A stretch of DNA of 58,408 bases, the filler included, from Fonticula-like sp. SCN 57-25 (Eukaryota): the NCBI GenBank assembly GCA_001724245.1. It is 5 parts of 5 records of this genome, joined end to end, with 100 filler letters (N's around TTAATTAATTAA, not from the genome) between each part and the next. Parts side by side here need not be neighbours in the genome. Positions count along the whole stretch, not along the records: positions 12,371 to 23,832 come from MEDX01000201.1; 4 more parts are not named here. One strand, given 5' to 3'. The translations under genes were made by a program, and so were the position numbers. The notes under the pieces are model-generated. The model did not search any database. It was not told the DNA's origin and worked only from the letters and a program-made list of their open reading frames with translations. How positions within the stretch are numbered: position 1 is the stretch's first letter; every line of letters begins with the position of its first letter. This document shows positions 12,371 to 22,979 of the stretch, piece after piece.

Positions 12371-13149
12371 CCCTCGACGACAACCTCGACTACGAGCCCC
12401 TTCAAGACCTCTTGTCGGCCGTCACCGCCGACCCGCCCGACGTTGTCATCCTCGGCGGCCCCTTTTTGGACGCCGACCACCCATTGGTCCTCCGCGGCGA
12501 ACTCCCCGCCTCATTGGACGACATCCTCTCCCAGTGCGTCGTGTCGCGCATCGCCGCCGCCGCCGAGCAGCTCAAGGCGAGCACGCAATTCATCGTCGTG
12601 CCGAGCATCGCCGACGTCGCGCACCCGTTCCCGCTCCTGCCGCAGCCGCCGTTCGCGTCTGCCACGTGGCCGAAAAGTGTGCTTTGCTATCCGAATCCGG
12701 CGTGCTTTTCGCTGAATGAGGTTGTGTTTGCGGTGGGGACGGTCGACGTGCTGCTGCACTTGGGCGAAATGTCGGTGCAGCGGCGCGCGGCGGGCGAAAA
12801 GACAAACCCGATGGTGTCACGTGCCGAGCATATTGTGCAGCAGCGGTCCATGTACCCTATCGTGCCGCCTCACGTGACTGCGCCTGTCAATACTCTGCAG
12901 GCGCACGCGCTCGAATTGAGTGTCACGCCAGATGTGCTTGTTTTGCCGTCGCAGTTGGCGCCGTTTGCGAGAGAGGTGATTGGTGGATGCGTGGCTGTGA
13001 ATCCGGGGCGGATTTGTAAGAGGAGAGCGGGTGGGACATATGCCAAAGTGAGTGTGTTTCCGGTGAGTAGGGAGGGCGAGCCAGCACAAGGAGAGGCAGT
13101 GGCCAATAGGGTCAATGAGAGGATCAGTGTCGAGCTAGTGTGGCTATAA
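12371..13149 (+). CDS. POLA2: DNA polymerase alpha subunit B, C-terminal part (5'-truncated)
   Basis: DNLDYEPLQDLL..PDVVILGGPFLDADHP, HPFPLLPQPPF, YPNPACFSLNEVVFAV, TPDVLVLPSQLAPF, VNPGRICK..GGTYA. Confidence 0.9.
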
Positions 13150-13243
13150 ATAGGTTTTCTTTTTTTCTTTATTTCTTTATGCTCTGCGCATGTTGTTTGT
13201 ACATAGGCGAAATAGAAAACGCCAAAAAATAATCAAGATATGG

Positions 13244-13338
13244 CCACGTGGGAGAGGGATGATAATATGTGTCGTTGTGTCCACGTGGTCAAAAGTAGCC
13301 ATATATCATCCACGTGGACACAGTATCTATCCACGTGG
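13244..13338. repeat. Four CCACGTGG (E-box/G-box) palindromes within 95 bp
   Basis: Copies at 13244, 13281, 13310 and 13331, between the convergent POLA2 and ARMC8 3' ends. Confidence 0.8.
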
Positions 13339-13487
13339 ACAATAATTACTTTGTATCTTGGTATATTGCCAGCAAACATAATATCATTCGTTCCAATAAT
13401 GTAGCAAAAAGTCGACGAAAACGCACAAAAAGTCACAAAAAGACGCAAAAAAGACACCAAATTGCACCAAATCGCACTTTTCCGCAC

Positions 13488-16105
13488 TTATCCACTTGAA
13501 ACGCCAAAGTTTTCCAACGCCGTCAACACTCTTTCCGCCACATCCCTATTCTCATCCGCCACCATTTCCCTCAACCTCTCCTCCACCCCCACCTGTTTTA
13601 ATTGGTCAACGCGCCACGCCGACGTGTCATCATCCTGCCACGTCAAATTGATGACACACCAAACCGCTGCTAGCCGATGTCCTGCCATTGGATGCCCCAA
13701 AAACCGCTTTACAAGCTCGATAATCCTCTTATCAGCAATGATGGCATTTAAATGTTGGTCTGCGCCCGTGCCGAGATTGACGAGCACGTACATTGCCTGA
13801 TGCTCCAATTCCGGCACGCCCGACGCCAACTTTTCCGCAATAACAGCGAGCAGTCTTTCCGTCCCGACGCCCTCAAAAATCCGGCACACATCCTCCTTTT
13901 TAACTTCTGCCGCCAAGTTTTGCAGCAGCGAAAGCGCCTGCTCTTGCACAAACATTTCTCGATCAAGCAGTAAATCATATAAGCCATCATATGTGAGGTG
14001 CTGCAGGACGCGCTCTTTGCTGGCAGTGTCGCCGCCGTATGCGGTGTTTTTGAGGGCCCAGAGGGCGTTGAGGCGGAGCGCGTGGTCGGCGGAGCGGGAA
14101 TGTTCGACGAGTTTGGCGAGGCAGTTGCTGGCGAGGAGGGCGGATTTGAGGGGGGAGAAGTAGAGGGTGACGTTGCAGAGGACGGCGCAGGCGGCCACTT
14201 TGACTTCAAGTGAAGAGTCATCCATCATCTGGGTAATGTGAGTGAAATGGAGAGGGAAAGAGTGGGAGAGAGGGGAAGAAAAGTTGAAAATGGGTACAAA
14301 AGTGTCATGAAAGTAAAGAAAAATGTCACAAAATGACACAAAAGTAAAGAAAATGTCACAAAAATGACACAAAATTGTTACAAAAATGACACAAACACAC
14401 ACATAAAATACAGCAATTTCACTCTAAAATGCACATAAACTACAACAAATCACCCAAAATTCACACAAAAATCCTTCCTTTCATTCGTACCGCAATAAGC
14501 GGCGTTGCCAAATCGACATCCGACAAAGCCGACCTCAACAACTTGACCGACCTCGACAGCGACCTAAAACACTGACACGCCGCCTCCCTAATCGACGCCT
14601 CCTCGCTCGACAGCGCCGCCGCCATAAACGGCACAAGCCCCGCCTCCACAACCCTCATCCTGCAATTATCCTCACTCTGCGACAGCGCCGCAATCGCAAA
14701 AAGCGCATTTTCCTTGAGCCGAATCGATGTCGTCCCATTGGCGTCTCGAATGAAAATGCTCAGCTTTTCGACGGCGTCGGCGGCGCACGCGGCTTTTTGG
14801 AGCGATTCGTTGTCAATGACGAGGTGCGCGAGGACATATGGGGCGCGTTCTTGGACAAGGCCGGTTTCGTCAAAGAGGCGGATGAGCGCGGGAAGGACGC
14901 GCTGGACCATTGAAGTGGCGGAAGAGTCATCAAGGACGCCGCTGCGGCTCACATTCGTCAAACTAGAGACATTATTAGACATTATTGGGCACTATTGGGC
15001 CACGTGGAAGGGTGGAAAATGAACTAGGATGCGTACCATGTGGCGGCGAGGAGGCGCATGCGGGGGCGGCTGTCTTTGATGAGGCCAAGAAGAATGTCGA
15101 CGGGCGATGACGCATCTATTTTTAGATGGTTTTTAATATGAAATAGAGCATTAAAGAAGTAAAAAGACTATATAAATAGTACCATGAGGTGGACGAGATA
15201 TCAATTTGCGCGGCAACTCGGTGCCGGGGTGGTCCGTGAGTGATGCAAGTACGTCGACGGCGGCCTCTTGAAGCTATAAAAAGCGCATTTTCAGTACAAA
15301 AAAATGTACATAATTGGCACAAAAGTAACGTACGCGCGCGTTTTGAGAGTAAATGAGTGACAAAAGTGTGTCGAGTCCGTTGAGCGACAAAAACATATCG
15401 CGCATCTCGCCAGACGAAAAGGCGTGCGAGAGGCTCGCGGCGGCAAGCTCGATGATGTTGTCGCTCGCGACGGTCCGGTCGAGCAGGCGCACAAGCGAGA
15501 AAAAGGACGCGCGCTGATTGGAAAAGCGTCTCAAATAAGCAATTTTTGATATGAAGAGACACTGCACGTACGGGGATGTTCACCTCCATCGTCGGCGAGT
15601 TGTTGACGATGAACTTTAGCGACCGCAGGCTGGCCTCGACGAGCGCCGCGTCGGGCGACTCGACTGCCTCAAGCAGCTTGAGGACCGCGCCGTGCGAAAT
15701 GACGGCTTCGGTGTTTTCGCGGCCGCCGCTGGCGATGGAGCCGATGGCCACGGCCGCTTCAACGCGGGTCGAGGAAGGCACGCCGGGGGCCGACAGCAGC
15801 TGCAAAAGACTATGTACTCATAAGAAACAAGCATGAAACCACCACAAACGCACCGCGGGACGACTTGAAGGCGCAGGAAAATTGCCTTTTGCGTGCGGTT
15901 GCCGATGGTGGCGTTCTTGATTCGCCGGACGGCAGACTGGACGCTGCCCGCGTCATCCGAGTTGAGCTGCTCGACTGTCCGCATGGCGGTCTCGCGCTGA
16001 GCAGCGCATTAGCAGCGTCGCATAAAATGAAAGAGAGCGCACCTGGGGCTCGGTGCCGACAGGGCGCGGCGTAGAGTCCACCTCCATGGCGTCGTCGCCC
16101 GACAT
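13488..16105 (-). CDS. ARMC8: Armadillo repeat protein ARMC8/Gid5 (CTLH/GID E3 complex)
   Basis: VRRIKNATIGNRTQK, EAAVAIGSIASG, EAACQCFRSLSRSVKLLRS, ACAVLCNVTLYFSPLK, LRLNALWALKN, LAAVWCVINLTW. About 8 exons. Confidence 0.9.
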
Positions 16106-16341
16106 TGCTGCAAATGGTGGGTGCGGGGGACGGCGGCAAACAGTGACGACGCAAACGCGTCGCTGCGATTCATTCATTCATTCAAAAAAAAATTCAATCT
16201 TTTGCGTTAAATACTCTATGAATGGACCGTGATATCCAAAGACAAGAATAACGTGCTCTCATTGGCTGGCCTCGGCCCCTTTCGACTTTTAATTGGCCGG
16301 TCGCCCTGAACGAGGCTGACACCCGCGCTCGAGAGCAGGAG

Positions 16342-18927
16342 ATGCCCGGGGTGCTGCAGGACGGGGCTGCGGTCCGCCACGCTCTGCGCGCCAGCTGGAA
16401 CGCCAATGAGACGCCGCTTGAGTTCCTTCGGGCTGTGCGCTCAATTGACTACAAGGGCGAGGATTCCGCGCCGATCCTCCTCAGCGAGCTGATCGGGCAG
16501 CTGACCGTGGGCCCGACACCGTCTGTGCTGCTTCTGCAGTACCTGCGGTCCGCCTGCGCGGTCGGCGCGGTCCCTCTGCCGCTCCTTCTCGGTGCCTTTG
16601 CCTCGCTGCTTGATACGGCGCACCCGCGCGTGGTCAGCGCGCTTCTCCCGATCGCGCGCGATGCCCTCAAAGCGCCGATCCCCGGCGCGCTCTGGGCGCA
16701 AAAGGAGAGCGCCGCGTATCTGAACGACTGGGGTGTCGCGCTCCTGCGCCTCTGCGGCGCCTCCCTTTCTCTGTCGCTTCGCGCGCTTTCGTCGAGCGAC
16801 ACCGACGCACTGTCAGTCGAAAACGCATTCCGCGCTATCGCCCTTGTCACAGATCGCGTGCTGAGCCGCCGCGTCGCCGTCGTCATGCTTCTGTCGTACG
16901 ACGCCCCCGAGCGCGCGTTTCTGGAAACGCAATGCACCGCCGCCCTTGCTCAATCAGACTTTTCAAACGAGCTTGCCGTGTCGGTTCGCGACCTTGCATC
17001 ACGTCTTTTCCGCTTTTTTAACTCGCGCGCCCTTCCGCTTCCCGACGCGCGTCGCGACCGGTGGACGGCCGGCCCGCAGACGACCGCCATGTCGCCGCCG
17101 CGGCTTCCGAGCCCTGCTGCGCTCGAGTTTGCGCTTGCAGCTGTCAGTCCGTCGGCGCCTTTTGTGAGCGACGACGAGCGCGCCACTCAGCTTGCCGCAC
17201 TTGCGCTTAGCGTCGGCACGTCGGCTGAGCTTTTGTGTGTCGACCTCTGCACGGCAGCGCTCGTCGGCATGGCGCGCGCCGCACGCATTACCGACATGAG
17301 CACGCGCTTCCCGCCGTACGACACGTGGCGCGCACTTTTCCTGCGCCGCCTCCCGCGGTGGTTTGCCGGCTCGCTCAGCCAGGATGAAATTGCCAATATT
17401 GTGAGGTCGCTCGGGCGCATGCAAGAACTGATTCTCGCCGCGTACATGCACGACTCGCTTGGCGTATTAGAAGAAGCGCTTCGCGGCATTGAAATTGATA
17501 CTGAACCTGTTGACAATGAGATGAGCGCCGATGACTTTGTTGCTGTAAACGCGCGCGGCACGTCGGCACTTGTCGCCCTTCTCGACCGCGCCGACAATTC
17601 ACTTTCACCCGAGCGACTCTCGTCAATTGCTGAATCACTTCTCGCTTCGCCCGCCGCAATGGACGCCGTCGCTCTTTCCGGCCGCGGCGACGCTCTTTTA
17701 CAAATGCTTTCCGTCGGCGCTTCGACGGCCTGCGCGCTCGCCGCCGTCGCCTTTCTTCGGCGGACCGGCGCCGCCACGTGCGACCTGCTCGACCCAGCCG
17801 CTGCCATGCTGCTCCGCGAGCTCACGTGGCCGCGCGGTCTGACCCTTGATGGCGACGAGGAAGAGGATGTGGAAAGTAGCGCTGCGGACGAGCTCTTGTC
17901 GGGCCGCATTGTGCGCTCGACCGACCCTCGCCGTGTTCTGATTGGCGTTCGCGCCGCACTTTACTCCGCCGCCATTTCCGATGACGTGTCAGTTGTAAAC
18001 AGCGCTGCCGCCGCAATCGCCGCGCTTTGCATGACGCCCGACACGCTCGTCCTCGGCGCGCTTGTCATGGTCGCGCTTTCCTCCGAGTCACGTGCATCGC
18101 CGCCGGGCACGTGGGACCCACCGAGCTCGCCCGGCGCGTCTGTCGTGCAGGAAGCGCTGCAGCAGGCGACCGCGTCGGCGCACCAAATTGTATTTTCTGT
18201 CGTGCTGAGCGGCGACGCGGCGCCGTCGGCGGACGCGCTTGCTCAGCTCGGCACAGTTTTTGCGTCGCTCGAGCACGGCGAGTCTATTTGGGGCGCCGCG
18301 GACGACCTTGCCCGCGTGCTGGCGCGCGTCGGCCGCCGCGCTTTCCTCGCGACGCTGTGGGCGGCGGCGGCCGAGGCCGTTAACGCCGACGCGACACGCG
18401 GCGCGCGCTGCGCGGGCGCACTCGCGGCGCTGATTGGTTCGCCGCTGCACCGCGACGCCGGTCTTGCTGCCTTTTTCTGGCGGGAAACCGTCCCAAGCGC
18501 GCTCGCCGCGTGCGCCACACTGACACAAGTGCGCGTGCTCGCCGAAGCCGCCGCCGCCGTCGCCGTTCGCTGCGCGCCAATCATGCGCGCCGGCAAGGCA
18601 ACAGAAGCGCGCGAAGCATTTTCCGCGCTCGTTGATTGGCTCGGAAGGCGGCAGGGCGACGCGCCGGCGAGCGCGGCAATGCTGCAGAGGGCGGAAATGA
18701 ACGCGTGCTTTGTGTCGTACTTTGTCGGGCCGTGGGTGGCTGTGGCTGCGGCCACGTGGTGTGAAGGGTTTGAGGCTGTGTTGGGGCGGCTGGGGGATGA
18801 CGACCGGTGCGCGGCGGCGGGGGTGCTGCTGGCGGCGGCGAGGGGAGGGGAGGGGAGGGGGGTGTTTGAGAGGGAGGAGTTGAGGGGGACGGCCGAGAGG
18901 TTGCTCGCGGCGACGCTCCAGTTTTAA
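16342..18927 (+). CDS. MED24: Mediator subunit MED24/Med5-like, single exon
   Basis: N-terminus ALRASW..LIGQLTVGPTPSVLLLQYLRSA resembles the MED24 N-terminal motif (LLEQAMIGPSPNPLILSYLKYA). TWRALFLRRLP is also MED24-like. 861-aa helical ORF. Confidence 0.65.
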   Translation: MPGVLQDGAAVRHALRASWNANETPLEFLRAVRSIDYKGEDSAPILLSELIGQLTVGPTPSVLLLQYLRSACAVGAVPLPLLLGAFASLLDTAHPRVVSALLPIARDALKAPIPGALWAQKESAAYLNDWGVALLRLCGASLSLSLRALSSSDTDALSVENAFRAIALVTDRVLSRRVAVVMLLSYDAPERAFLETQCTAALAQSDFSNELAVSVRDLASRLFRFFNSRALPLPDARRDRWTAGPQTTAMSPPRLPSPAALEFALAAVSPSAPFVSDDERATQLAALALSVGTSAELLCVDLCTAALVGMARAARITDMSTRFPPYDTWRALFLRRLPRWFAGSLSQDEIANIVRSLGRMQELILAAYMHDSLGVLEEALRGIEIDTEPVDNEMSADDFVAVNARGTSALVALLDRADNSLSPERLSSIAESLLASPAAMDAVALSGRGDALLQMLSVGASTACALAAVAFLRRTGAATCDLLDPAAAMLLRELTWPRGLTLDGDEEEDVESSAADELLSGRIVRSTDPRRVLIGVRAALYSAAISDDVSVVNSAAAAIAALCMTPDTLVLGALVMVALSSESRASPPGTWDPPSSPGASVVQEALQQATASAHQIVFSVVLSGDAAPSADALAQLGTVFASLEHGESIWGAADDLARVLARVGRRAFLATLWAAAAEAVNADATRGARCAGALAALIGSPLHRDAGLAAFFWRETVPSALAACATLTQVRVLAEAAAAVAVRCAPIMRAGKATEAREAFSALVDWLGRRQGDAPASAAMLQRAEMNACFVSYFVGPWVAVAAATWCEGFEAVLGRLGDDDRCAAAGVLLAAARGGEGRGVFEREELRGTAERLLAATLQF

Positions 18928-19306
18928 GTGTATTTTGTATTAAAAATGAATATAAATTGAATATAAATAAACTAAACGAGACCTGCATTACGCAGAGGTG
19001 GCCATGTGCAGAAGGAAAGTGGGAAGCAATACAGAAGAGTGTAGAGTGTACGACATTTTCATTGTGATCATGATGTGTTTGATATGAAAAATATGACATG
19101 TTTTATTGCTTTTTGTATGTTTAGCCATTTGCCATACCGTTTACTTTCTGCTGTAGTGCATTTATACGCTTAGTTGTTTAATACATTCCCATTGACACAG
19201 CACAGACTTCCAGATTCTCAAATTTCACCTCCAATCATGGCCACGTGATCTGAGCGGTTACGCGATTTGAATTTGAAACGCATTCTGACAACAGACCGGC
19301 ATCGAC

Positions 19307-20074
19307 ATGGACGCGCGGGAGCGGCTTCGCGCGGCCGTTCTGGCCAAGTTCGAGCTTGCCGCGCGTCGGTTCTGCTGGTTTGCCACTCCGACGCCACTTT
19401 CGCTGCTTCCCGCTGTGCCATCCGCGCGCAAGAATCGCAAGGCACCCCCCGCCGAGGTCGATCCCAAAGCTGCCCTGCGCGCATTCAAGCGCCGCCGCGA
19501 TGATCTCGCGCAGGATCTGTTCCAACAGCTCGACCGCGTCGTCTTTGGCGGCCGCCTCTCTGGCGTCACTGTCGAATGGTCCGTCACGCTCAACAAGACC
19601 GCCGGCCAGGCCGTCTGCCGGTACGCATCCCTGATGCCCATGAGGATGATGCTGCCCGTTGCTGATCATCTTTACAGGACACAAAATGGTGAGCGCTCTG
19701 CAGTTGTACAGCTCGCCACCAAAGTAGTCGACCGCGAGGACCGGCTGCGGTGCACGCTTGCGCACGAGCTTTGCCACGCTGCCGTGCATCTGATCGATCA
19801 GACCAAGGAGGGTCCGCACGGAAGGGCATTCTGGAAATGGGCCCAAAGGGTCATGGACGCGTTTGACGACATTAAAATATCAACAAAACACTCGTACGAC
19901 ATCAATTACAAGTACTACTTTGCGTGCCAGACGAGCGGGTGTGGCGCGCGGTACGGACGGCATTCGAATTCTATTGATGTACGGCGGGAAATTCATAGTG
20001 AACATGGGCTAACTGTATAGTAGATTGAAAAGTCGAGGTGTGGGCGGTGCTTTGGCATGCTCAAGCAAGAGTGA
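19307..20074 (+). CDS. SprT-like zinc metalloprotease (GCNA/ACRC-type) with C-terminal Zn ribbon
   Basis: WSVTLNKTAG, KVVDREDRLRCTLAHELCHAA (HExxH), PHGRAFWKWA, STKHSYDINYKY..C..CG..YGRHSNSID, RCGRC. Introns about 19621-19678 and 19979-20023. Confidence 0.85.
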
Positions 20075-20670
20075 TAAAGGCGTATTGCGATTGGTCGATA
20101 TTTGAATTTTATTGTTTTTGTGGTTTTATCAATAATTGTATTATTAGTCAAGTGTTTTCTTTTGGAAATACATATAGATAACAAAGCGCGTTATATTTAG
20201 CAGCTTTTTATTTGGCTAGCCCCTGTTTTTTGGATTTTGATATAGAGAGATTTATGGATACTCACCGCCATTCACTTGGAATCAGACTATGGATAGCAAT
20301 TACACAAATATCTCGAAATAGAGTTTTTTAAAGTGGCGCGAAAATTAAATCATGTATAGTCTAGTTGAAGAGGACTTGATACCAGCAAGCATTATATACT
20401 GGAATATTGACTGAAATAAAGCAGAAAACCGTATTAAAGTGGAAAATAGAGTATGATCACGTGACCCACACGGCATCTTACACGCGCACAGTGCGACTCA
20501 TTTCTTCCGCCAGCCTAGTGGCAAGGTGCACACTGGCATGTGGACCACGTCGACCACATATATAAAGGTATAATGCGTTGTTAAACGGCTACTTTTGGTA
20601 GTCTACATAGAGGGATGCTGCGCAGGATGAAAATGGCGCGAAACAATCGCATCACGTGACGAATTTGAAA

Positions 20671-22768
20671 ATGCTCCCCAGACGCGCGCTGAGATCGAAT
20701 GCCTGGAGATGGCGTGACGATCAGGCGTACCCATTGGCCAAGAGAAAGTCATTTGAAGTGCACACGGAAACAGTACGCACCTATCCGCTCATATGTGTTG
20801 CTGCTCTAATGTTGTTTTTGTTTTAGTTGGAATCGAGTACGATTTCCCCCGATGGCACTTTGCTGGCGAGTGTCGGTAGCTCGTGGGACTACGTGTGGTC
20901 AATCGCCATCAGCGACATTGCCACGGGAGAAAAGTTGTACACCGTACCCACTGATGTACATGTGGCCATTAAGGCTATGGCGTGGTCGCCCGATGGGACA
21001 CGTCTTCTCGCCGCGACATTCGATGAGCACCGCCCTAGTGCCACTCCTGGCAGGATCATCCAGATCACAAACAACAATACGCACTCGATCGTGTACGACA
21101 CCGACACAGAGGTACGCATCATTTTGCCTGCGCTTCCTTGCTCATCCCTTGTCTAGTTGTTTGCATGCGCGTTCAGTCCATGCGGCAAGATCTTTGCTGT
21201 CGGCGGATCAGATCATGTCTTGAGACTCTTGGATCCGTTCGACAACTTTGCAGTCAAACATAAACTTTCTTTGCTGCCCCTTGACGTGCGTTTTGAATGC
21301 TTCCTTTCTAATGTTTACCTACCTTCTTTCAGGTTTGGAAGCTTGCCTTTTCCCCCGACGGAAATCTGCTTGCGGTCGGTGGCGAAGATGGTGGCATTTA
21401 CATTTACGGACTGACCAATGGCAATTGGGAACAAAAAGCTATTCTGACGCATTCAACGCATTCCAGGTTTTACAGTGTACGGCATTTGCCTCTATATGTA
21501 TGTATATATATATTCCTGTGCTGACCTTTACCAGCACAAGTCGCTCTCCTTTAGCCCCTCTGGCCGCATGCTACTGGAGACGCGCATTGACAGGTCAGCT
21601 GCCATCTGGAAGGTTCCATCTGACGCCACGTGGCCTACCACGCCCCACGCGAAATTCGGAAGTGTTGATTTTGATGGCAGCGCCTTTCTCGGCGACGAGT
21701 CGCACGCCGTCACGCTGTGCAAGCCATGTTTTATTCGTATTTGGCGCGTCTCTGACGGAGCCTCAATTGCAAGCATCGATACTGACGCAAAGGTGTGTCA
21801 CTCTTTGTCTATTTATAGCACTTTTGTCTATTTATAGCACTCACCCTTTTGTTATGCAGGTGTCGTCGGTATCCTATCATGCGGCCTCTGGCACGGTTTC
21901 AGTTGGCATGTACAGGGGCAATGTTGAAATATGGCAAACTGATCCTTATATTGCACCTGCCCTTGAAGCCCCCTTGCCTGCCCACGCGTGCGTCCGGCGG
22001 CAATTGGTGGAAGCAGAGGCGCAAGCGGCTGCAATTGGTACATTGCTCGGCCTTACCAAAGATGGTTCTCGTCGCAAGTCACGTGGCAAGGAACCCGCGC
22101 GCTCCACTGAAGATGACGAATCAGCGAAAGAACGTCATAATGAACTGCTTGGCATCGTTGCAAGCTGCAGACATACGATTGACAGCTTGACATCCAGCCT
22201 ATCAGAGTACGGATTGGACGAGCTCCGCGGCGGGGAATTTTCAGAGTGGCTGTGCGACATTGGCATGAGCAAACTGCAAACTACCCTCAAGGACCTTGGC
22301 GGTGCCGGCTTGACGCTGCTCAATGTTGGTGACGTCATGACGTATGACGTCACCTTTTGTGATGCTTCTGCCCTTTTGCTGCGTGCCTACATTGCGCACA
22401 ACAAGCTGAGCAAAGAAAAAGCATTTTCCCCGCCACGTGACAGTGTACTATCATGGAACGAAACGCAAACTGCAAACTGGATTAAGACGCTTGATGCTCC
22501 TTATCATTGCCTTGCCAAGGCCGGCTGGCACGGCGCCGCCTTATGTTCCCTTTCGCCGTCACGTGTTGTCGATGCTTGCACCGCATGGTCTCTTTCGCAG
22601 CCACGTGGTTTCGGGGCTAGAACTAGAACAGTGCCGTTTGGGGTGCCGGGCGCAGTAAAGTTTATTGTAATGGTGCGTCAAATGAGAAGCGAGGTGGATG
22701 GTGACAAGGCCACGTGGGTGACAAAGTGGAGTGGTACAAGCTCAATCGATCATCAGGCTGCCTTGTAG
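20671..22768 (+). CDS. WD40-repeat protein with coiled coil and two SAM-like domains
   Basis: WD-like repeats (ISPDGTLLAS, AWSPDGTRLLA, AFSPCGKIFAVGG, LAFSPDGNLLAVGG, SFSPSGRMLLE) over about 6 exons. SAM-like segments FSEWLCDIGMSKL..GGAGLTLL and VLSWNETQTANWIKTL..GWHGAALCSL. Confidence 0.75.
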
Positions 22769-22979
22769 CCTTTTTTTGTCTTTGTTAATAAGAGTTTTAT
22801 CCAATAAATACATCAATATCATACATTGACCTCGTAAAAATGTCTATTTTTCAATAGAAAAATGCCTCTTTGGTTCATATAGGGACGTGGTCTTTGGTAG
22901 TTCACATAGAGACACTGTCTTCAGTTTTAAAAGTGTATTCATATTTTCAATCCATTTTTATTGAATTGCCTCATTTGCG

